Shown here one piece after another: positions 44,907 to 50,664 of a stretch of 50,664 nt of DNA; position 1 is the first letter of the stretch; each line of letters begins with the position of its first letter. The notes beneath the pieces were generated by a model that worked only from the letters and a program-made list of their open reading frames with translations, was not told the DNA's origin and did no database searches. Where the stretch lies: positions 1 to 50,664 of the IMG/VR virus record IMGVR_UViG_3300033149_003997, one strand, 5' to 3'. The translations under genes were made by a program, and so were the position numbers. The DNA is from a virus (lineage: Duplodnaviria > Caudoviricetes).

Positions 44907-46397
44907 CTACCCTACGAAAGTCCACGACGCACCCGAATTTCGATAAAGCCCAGCTCCGCTTACACCGTCAAACCCACCCCCAGTTCCGTCTGATATTGCT
45001 AGACGCCCTGCTTTGTCGGAAGGTGCAGTTGATAGGGCAGGGAGTAGGAGACACTGATCTTGTATTATCATAGCGACACCGGAGTCGTCTGAGATAGCGG
45101 AACTGGAGTAGGGTGATGCAAAATAAGGATTATTAATTAACACGTTTTGTGTTACTGATGAATCTATTCTTATGCCCGCTTTAGCTCGGTCACCAATATA
45201 AGGCGCATTTATTACAACGCTTTCAGCATAAAGACCTATGTTTATACCATAATTTGTATCTGTGGATCCCGAATGGTACGTTCCATTAATAATGAGTCCT
45301 CGCGTATTGTTTGTCGATGCGGAAAAGTAACCCGTTATAATATCTGCCGACGTATTGCCCTCAAAGTACATGCCGTCAATAGTTGTCCCTTTGGCATATG
45401 TAATATATATACCATATCTGCTATTGGCCTCCGAAGAACATCCAGCGAAAGTATTGCTACGACTGTTTTGAGTTAGACTGAATCCATCTTTATTATGAGA
45501 TGCCGAGCAATTAAGGAACACCATGGAGTTGCAGACGCTTAGGACAAAACCGATTTCGGTTGCATAAGTGGCTTGAACATTTTCGATTGCAGAGTACCAA
45601 GACTGTGTCAGGCCAACGTTGTGATTAAAGCTTTTGACGGTTACGTTCCGCAATACGCAACCGCTACAGAAGTTGTATAAGTAGATACCATATTGCGGGG
45701 TTCCAGCGCCCTGGAACTGCACGACTAGGCCCTCGATTACTACATTATAGTGAGAGCTTCCGATGTCTGGCAGCTCCATTGCATTAGCCCCATTCACATT
45801 AGCTTCAATCTGCGTTGTGCCTGAACCCAGGTTTACCCCGCCTACGCCTTTCAAATGAATATTATTGTACAGATTTATAGTATCGGTTGTTTTATACCGG
45901 CCCTCGGGCAAGAACACTTCCCCGCCCCCTGCATTAGACGCTGCGGTTATTGCAGCGTTAATAGCGGAGGTATCGTCATTAACAGCATCTCCCACTGCTC
46001 CCCACCACTGAGGAAAGAAGCGTTGTGTTTTCATGCTCCCCGCCACAGTACCCGATCCAGCAAAAATCTGATGTAGTCCAGCGCTTAGATTTCCATTAAT
46101 AGTGACGATTTTCCCTGAGTCTATCTGTAATTTTGCGCCATCGGCAAACCATAGCGTGATATTGGGAGGTGCAGTAATATTATTCTCTATTTTGTACGTT
46201 CCCACAGGGAAAAAAACAATACCCCCATCATCATCGGCTGCTTCTATTGTGGAGTTGATACTAGAGGAATCATCTACAACACCGTTACCCGCAGCTCCGT
46301 AAGCTTTTACATTGTATATACCCATCTTATCTATAAAAAAGCTGGACATCTGTGACTGCGTGGCGTATTTGGAAAGTTGTTCACGTGCAGAAGTCAT
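44907..46397 (-). CDS. Tailspike/depolymerase with right-handed beta-helix (pectate lyase 3-like)
   Basis: YNVKAYGAAGNGVVDD...GGIVFFPVGTY and a second FPQWWGAVGDAVNDDT...GGEVFLPEGRY; N/S/G-rich beta-helix repeats. Confidence 0.85.
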   Translation of the reverse strand: MTSAREQLSKYATQSQMSSFFIDKMGIYNVKAYGAAGNGVVDDSSSINSTIEAADDDGGIVFFPVGTYKIENNITAPPNITLWFADGAKLQIDSGKIVTINGNLSAGLHQIFAGSGTVAGSMKTQRFFPQWWGAVGDAVNDDTSAINAAITAASNAGGGEVFLPEGRYKTTDTINLYNNIHLKGVGGVNLGSGTTQIEANVNGANAMELPDIGSSHYNVVIEGLVVQFQGAGTPQYGIYLYNFCSGCVLRNVTVKSFNHNVGLTQSWYSAIENVQATYATEIGFVLSVCNSMVFLNCSASHNKDGFSLTQNSRSNTFAGCSSEANSRYGIYITYAKGTTIDGMYFEGNTSADIITGYFSASTNNTRGLIINGTYHSGSTDTNYGINIGLYAESVVINAPYIGDRAKAGIRIDSSVTQNVLINNPYFASPYSSSAISDDSGVAMIIQDQCLLLPALSTAPSDKAGRLAISDGTGGGFDGVSGAGLYRNSGASWTFVG

Positions 46398-46409
46398 CTT
46401 AACACCTCT

Positions 46410-46583
46410 TTAGGTTCCATAAACAAGGTGCTCGGCCAGGGCTTTGATGGTTTCCTCGCCAAAGGCGGGAAGGAACCGGCAATCACTTTGGTCGAGCTTG
46501 GCCTGTAAGTCGCTACTCATAGGCTGAAGGCCGAGGTAGACCTTTGCCACCTCGACCATATCGGCGTTACTCAGATCGGCCAT
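46410..46583 (-). CDS. Small hypothetical protein (57 aa), not in the ORF track
   Basis: MADLSNADMVEVAKVYLGLQP...; fills the gap exactly. Confidence 0.6.
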   Translation of the reverse strand: MADLSNADMVEVAKVYLGLQPMSSDLQAKLDQSDCRFLPAFGEETIKALAEHLVYGT

Positions 46584-46586
46584 GTA

Positions 46587-47321
46587 TCACACCGTCCAGT
46601 TGGTGAGCCAGTATTTGATGTCTTCTTGGGCACCGGCTATTTGCTGAAGGCCGAATTCCATCTGCTGTAATTGCTGTTGGAGCTGCAGCTTCTGCTGGAG
46701 CAGACCCTTTTTGCGCCCCTCCAACTCCTTCATGCGGGACTTCATCTTGATGCGCATGGAGTTGTCCGTTTCAAATCCGTAGAGCAAGCCGGTCTTCAAC
46801 AAATCGGAATCAGCCGGAATAGTAACTTTGACCCCGCGGCCCTCGCAAATACCGATGATGTATTCACAGCTGGGCCGCTGATGCTGATATTCAGAATCCT
46901 GGGCCATGTCCACACCGTAGATAGCGATTTCTTCAAAGCCTTCGTAAAGAGCATAAGCTATCATCCACGAAATTGAGTTGGTGAAGTACTTGGCCCCGTA
47001 GTATCCCTGGTCTTCTAGCCATTTAACGATGTCATCCTTGGGGAACTTAACCGAGTTGGGAATGTCCTCGTACTCTTCCCACATGTAGATGGGAATGGGG
47101 GCGCTCTTGAGCCAGCCTATATGCTCCGGCTTGTTCTTTGATGGGCTCTGGCGCGAGTGAATCTCAAACCAGCGATCGGCCCGGGTTCCGGGGTGCTTCT
47201 GAAATAGCTTGTAGAGCTCGTTCAGTCCCCATATTTCATAGGATTCATCCGCAAACGGGGCCTGGTTCCAGGAGGGGGCAAAGCCCACTATAGCTACCTT
47301 GGTACGTCTTTCTTCGTCCAT
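46587..47321 (-). CDS. Putative sialyl/nonulosonyl-transferase (CstII GT42 / Maf DUF115-like fold)
   Basis: KVAIVGFAPS...EIWGLNELY...TNSISWMIAYALYEGFEEIAIYGVDM parallels the CstII motifs as recalled (KVIIAGNGPS...DVFRCNQFY...TSGVYMCAVAIALGYKEIYLSGIDF); ATG 47321 with GGAGG. Confidence 0.65.
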   Translation of the reverse strand: MDEERRTKVAIVGFAPSWNQAPFADESYEIWGLNELYKLFQKHPGTRADRWFEIHSRQSPSKNKPEHIGWLKSAPIPIYMWEEYEDIPNSVKFPKDDIVKWLEDQGYYGAKYFTNSISWMIAYALYEGFEEIAIYGVDMAQDSEYQHQRPSCEYIIGICEGRGVKVTIPADSDLLKTGLLYGFETDNSMRIKMKSRMKELEGRKKGLLQQKLQLQQQLQQMEFGLQQIAGAQEDIKYWLTNWTV

Positions 47322-47385
47322 ACTGTGCCTCCATGTAGTGGTAGGGGAGAGGCAGAAGGCCCCTCCCCTCCGAGTTGGTTTTGAA

Positions 47386-48231
47386 TTACGTTGTTGAGGT
47401 TGTAAACGTCGGGTAGGTGTATCCCGACGAGTCGGCTCCAACACCGAGCAATATCCACTGTGAGGTCGAAACACCCATCAGCTCAACTACACCCCGGGTA
47501 CTAAAGACGATGTTGTTTGCTGCGGTGGTGTTAATGAAGCACGCCGAGGACCCACTGAAGATAGTCACTGTATCCGATGATCCAGCATAGGTACAGTAGA
47601 TGGTTTTGCGTACACCCGCCGAGGGGGCAGCCAGTACAGCGGTTACGGGGGCTCCGGTGGAGCTGGCGATGGTGGTCACGCCGTAGTTGGGTAGGGTGGC
47701 CGCAGAACTGCCAGCCGCTACACTTTCAGCTACGCCGGTGCCCAGGGTCTTATTTTCCAGCGTTTGCGCGTCCGTGGTGTTAACCAGCGTTTGCGCCCCG
47801 GTGGTGGGCCACGTTACGCTGCCTAGGGGATTGATTTCGCTGGTCTTGGCGGTTATCTTGGCCGCACTATCTTCGGTTGTCCACAAGACCCTAGCGGATT
47901 CCGCCGTTGTCGGGGGCATATAGACCAGTGAATTGACCGTAGTGGCCAACACGAGCTGAAAGGCCCCTGACGTCTTCAATTCCGCCCCGGATGCAATGGT
48001 TAACGTTGCGCCAGTGGTGGGCGCAGTAACGGTGACCTTATTGATTGATTTATTGGTGAGGTCTTGGGTTTCAGTGGTCCCGACCAGCGTCAGGACTTCG
48101 GTGGAGGGAGCGTGAATGAGAGTTGCTCCATCTACGCGTAAGCCACCCGTTGAGGTGGCTATCTTGAACTCAGTCGTGCCGCTTTTGGTATAGAGGTCGC
48201 TGCCGTCAGCTAAGACATTTTTCTGAGCCAT
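47386..48231 (-). CDS. Ser/Thr-rich virion protein (head fibre/decoration)
   Basis: Directly after the capsid gene; TQDLTNKS/AQTLENKT repeats; about 84/281 residues S/T by hand count. Confidence 0.7.
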   Translation of the reverse strand: MAQKNVLADGSDLYTKSGTTEFKIATSTGGLRVDGATLIHAPSTEVLTLVGTTETQDLTNKSINKVTVTAPTTGATLTIASGAELKTSGAFQLVLATTVNSLVYMPPTTAESARVLWTTEDSAAKITAKTSEINPLGSVTWPTTGAQTLVNTTDAQTLENKTLGTGVAESVAAGSSAATLPNYGVTTIASSTGAPVTAVLAAPSAGVRKTIYCTYAGSSDTVTIFSGSSACFINTTAANNIVFSTRGVVELMGVSTSQWILLGVGADSSGYTYPTFTTSTT

Positions 48232-48262
48232 AAAGTCACTCCCTTTCCGTCAGTAGTCGGGA

Positions 48263-49153
48263 TTAACCCGAACTACCGACTATGCCGATATTCGGGAGTG
48301 CTCCGGTGTTGTAGATTGCGATTGCATTCAGATACAGGTTCTTGGTGTTGATCTTATCCTCGTCGCCGTCAAAGTCGGTCTTCATGAACCACTGGAACAA
48401 AACGTGCTCATAGCTCGTGTCCCATAGGAACCAGGCGGAAGTATTGCTAAGATAGGTGGAATATCGCCAGTCAATGCGCGGCAGGGTATTTTTGGTATTG
48501 CTCATTTCGTAGGCCTTGAGGGTGGACTGCATGATTTCCTCAATGGTGAGCTGCTTACTGTAATGAGCAAGCCCGGCGTTAGGCCGCGCCTTCATTGGCC
48601 CGCCTTGGTGGTTCTTGAAGTCGTAGAACATGTTGATAGCGGTTTGTACATTGTCGGGGCTTACCGCGCCCGTGGTCAGGGTGTCGTTGTAGGTTGCGGC
48701 AATGTCGGCCAGCGGCTTGGAATTGGAGCACAGAGGCACACCGTCCGCTAGATTGACATCAAACGCATTGTCGAACCAGTAGATGGCGTTCTCTTCCTCC
48801 AACTCGCGCATGGTCCGGGCCAGTTCCTTGGCCCGCACATCGTTGATTACGCCGTAGAGGTCGTATTTGGTGGCCTCCAGCGTAACCTCGTAGCCGTTGG
48901 CCCATGTCTTGTTGGTAATGGTGGTTTGGTAAGCCTGTTCTACCTTGCCGTACTGAATCGAACTACCTTCCTGCTTCTCTCCGGCGGCTTTTAAGTTACC
49001 CATCGAATCATAGGTTTCCGACTTCTTGGTTGCCGTCTTGGCCGTAGTGAAGTCGGGGTATTCAATGGGGTATGATTCAAAGTTGCGGGTGAAGATTTCC
49101 TTCTGGCCCGCAACGATCATCCTGGATATATCTGATGTCATGGTATAGGCCAT
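48263..49153 (-). CDS. Major capsid protein (HK97 fold, Mu gpT-like)
   Basis: Follows the scaffold; EGSSIQYG, YEVTLEA..YDLY, LADGVPLCS, YLSNTSAWFL and VGSSG end pattern. Confidence 0.8.
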   Translation of the reverse strand: MAYTMTSDISRMIVAGQKEIFTRNFESYPIEYPDFTTAKTATKKSETYDSMGNLKAAGEKQEGSSIQYGKVEQAYQTTITNKTWANGYEVTLEATKYDLYGVINDVRAKELARTMRELEEENAIYWFDNAFDVNLADGVPLCSNSKPLADIAATYNDTLTTGAVSPDNVQTAINMFYDFKNHQGGPMKARPNAGLAHYSKQLTIEEIMQSTLKAYEMSNTKNTLPRIDWRYSTYLSNTSAWFLWDTSYEHVLFQWFMKTDFDGDEDKINTKNLYLNAIAIYNTGALPNIGIVGSSG

Positions 49154-49181
49154 TAATCGTCACTCCTCATGCCGGGCTGGC

Positions 49182-49715
49182 CTAAGCCAGTACCGAACTA
49201 GCCAAGATACCGGTTACGACTTTGCGGGTAGTGCTGTAGGAAGTGAGCATAAGAATTCCTACCGTAGATCCGGCCAGAGTGGTCTGACCCGTGGTGGGAT
49301 CGACAAACTGAGCCGCAGAATTATCGCCGGAAGAAGTCCCGGCACCCGCAACGCGCAGCCAGCTACCTATATTAGTGGTTGCAAGGAAGAAGTTAGTGGA
49401 CCCGATATCCGTTGACGCGGTGGAGTAGTCAACCTCAACCAACTCACCCGGAGCAATCGGTTGAATGTAAATGAAGTCGTCCGTTGATCCCGGCGTGGTA
49501 GCCGCTGGCACAACGGCCAGAATACCCAAAATGCTTCCGGCACTAACGGCATCAGAGGTTCCTACATGCAGGGCAGCTAGGTTGGAAGAGGCTTCCACCA
49601 GCTTGCCTAGGTCACTTGAGTTAAAGAATCCATTTACCGTAGAGTTGCTAGGCAACGCCTTACGGTAGTGCTTGTTAATCCGATCGCCTGCGATTCTCCA
49701 GGCCATTCGGCTCAC
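49182..49715 (-). CDS. Capsid decoration/cement protein, Ser/Thr-rich
   Basis: Between scaffold and MCP; many ST/SS/TT doublets. Confidence 0.65.
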   Translation of the reverse strand: MSRMAWRIAGDRINKHYRKALPSNSTVNGFFNSSDLGKLVEASSNLAALHVGTSDAVSAGSILGILAVVPAATTPGSTDDFIYIQPIAPGELVEVDYSTASTDIGSTNFFLATTNIGSWLRVAGAGTSSGDNSAAQFVDPTTGQTTLAGSTVGILMLTSYSTTRKVVTGILASSVLA

Positions 49716-50410
49716 TCCTTCTGTTTCATCAGCTTCGTGTACTTTTCAGCGGTCCAGCCAGCACCGGGCTGAGCTCTTTGCAGCTCGGCCAGGACTTTGC
49801 GCTCTTCTGCAGTAAGAGGATATTGAGACTTAACGGGTGTCGGGGAAGCGTTTTCCACCTTCTTGGCAGGCTTTTTTGTTGCGGCCCTCTGCTGTTGCTT
49901 GGTCAGCATTTCGCGGGTCCGCACATCACCCCGTAGCATCATGTATGCTTCCTTTGCGCCTATATCCAGCCGCTCCATCTGCTCCAGTATCTCCGACTTG
50001 AACGCTTCAGCGTCGGCAAAGAACTCGTTGGATTGGGCTAGGTTACGTACGTCCATTTCATATGTCTTTCGTTGAAGGTTCTTGAGAAGCGCGTCTCGCT
50101 CAGCCTGCTCCCTGGCCTGAATCTCGGCCTCTGGTTCCGGCCAACCTCGCTCCATCAGGCTCTGTTTCAGCGCATAGCGTTGCTTTTCGGTCTCCTTTTG
50201 GGCCAGTACCTTTTCCGCCTCTTGCCGGCGCTTCTTCTCTTCCATGTACTTGGCCAAGGGAACGCTGTCGTGTGCGGGTTCTGGTTCGGAATCAGGCTCT
50301 TCTTCTGGTTCTTCGGGCTCTTCTTCCGGCTCCTCAGGCTCTTCGGGCTCTTCTACGATTCTTGGCTCTTCCTCGGGTTCCTCGGCGAACAACTGAAGGT
50401 CTATAAGCAT
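49712..50410 (-). CDS. Capsid scaffolding protein
   Basis: MLIDLQLFAEE N-terminus; EEP repeats; VPLAKYMEEKKRRQ coiled coil; upstream of the capsid genes. Confidence 0.8.
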   Translation of the reverse strand: MLIDLQLFAEEPEEEPRIVEEPEEPEEPEEEPEEPEEEPDSEPEPAHDSVPLAKYMEEKKRRQEAEKVLAQKETEKQRYALKQSLMERGWPEPEAEIQAREQAERDALLKNLQRKTYEMDVRNLAQSNEFFADAEAFKSEILEQMERLDIGAKEAYMMLRGDVRTREMLTKQQQRAATKKPAKKVENASPTPVKSQYPLTAEERKVLAELQRAQPGAGWTAEKYTKLMKQKE

Positions 50411-50444
50411 CAGTATCTCTCCCTGTTTTTTGTCGGGTTTTCAT

Positions 50445-50524
50445 CCCGCGAAAGCTCGCTTACGGCGGCCAGTCGGCCCGTTTCTCGGCAGGCACCCGCG
50501 AAAGCCGCTATCGGCGGCCAGTCG
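50445..50524 (-). repeat. Tandem ~30-bp imperfect direct repeat in the scaffold 5' leader
   Basis: CCCGCGAAAGCTCGCTTACGGCGGCCAGTCG (50445-50475) vs CCCGCGAAAGCCGCTATCGGCGGCCAGTCG (50495-50524). Confidence 0.8.
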
Positions 50525-50525
50525 T

Positions 50526-50551
50526 AAAATGAAAAGACGCCTGCAGGCGTC
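50526..50551 (-). terminator. Hairpin terminator upstream of the scaffold leader
   Basis: GACGCCTGCAGGCGTC palindrome followed by TTTTCATTTT on the minus strand. Confidence 0.55.
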
Positions 50552-50664
50552 CTGAAACCTTGTTTAGCCCTCCACCCGCAGTTTTCATCGGGCTAAGACT
50601 ATTCCTCGGTCGACTCCTCGCTATCCGGCTCCTCCTCAATAGGGTCACCGTTCAAAAGCGCAAT
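50551..50664. repeat. Terminal direct repeat, right copy (identical to 1-114)
   Basis: Exact match to the contig start. Confidence 0.95.

Noticed and set aside
44907-48231. Diversity-generating retroelement targeting the tail genes
   Set aside because: No reverse transcriptase and no TR/VR pair seen
50290-50385. GGCTCTTC-type tandem DNA repeats
   Set aside because: They simply encode the EEP low-complexity region of the scaffold

Overview
This window is an apparently complete, circularly permuted temperate phage genome of about 50,550 bp; bases 1-114 repeat exactly at 50551-50664. It is podovirus-like: P22-type portal, nozzle and ejection proteins, and no tape measure gene. The host is probably a Bacillota (strong GGAGG RBSs, sigma-A promoters, ArpU/RinA-type activator, YvrJ-like gene, LQLF/A scaffold N-terminus). 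A rightward early arm (14.9-35.1 kb) carries a XerC/D-like recombinase, a CI/Cro switch, YqaJ-RecT-SSB, an initiator plus DnaC-like loader, an MT-A70 methylase, RusA and a late activator. A leftward late arm starts near 14.7 kb and runs through terminase, portal, across the contig ends, then scaffold, capsid, tail, ejection and lysis genes to 35.3 kb. The standout is a candidate phage-encoded virion 'sialylation' system. It comprises a NeuB/NeuC/NeuA nonulosonic-acid pathway with tailoring enzymes inserted between terminase and portal, and a CstII(GT42)/Maf-like transferase among the head and tail genes. The predicted outer virion proteins are strikingly rich in Ser/Thr doublets, which are candidate O-glycosylation acceptors. 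Also found: a canonical type II hammerhead ribozyme in the early operon, a ~176-nt rod-like ncRNA candidate, an orphan IetA-like AAA ATPase, and several cis-regulatory structures. All family assignments are by motif recognition by eye; no searches were run.
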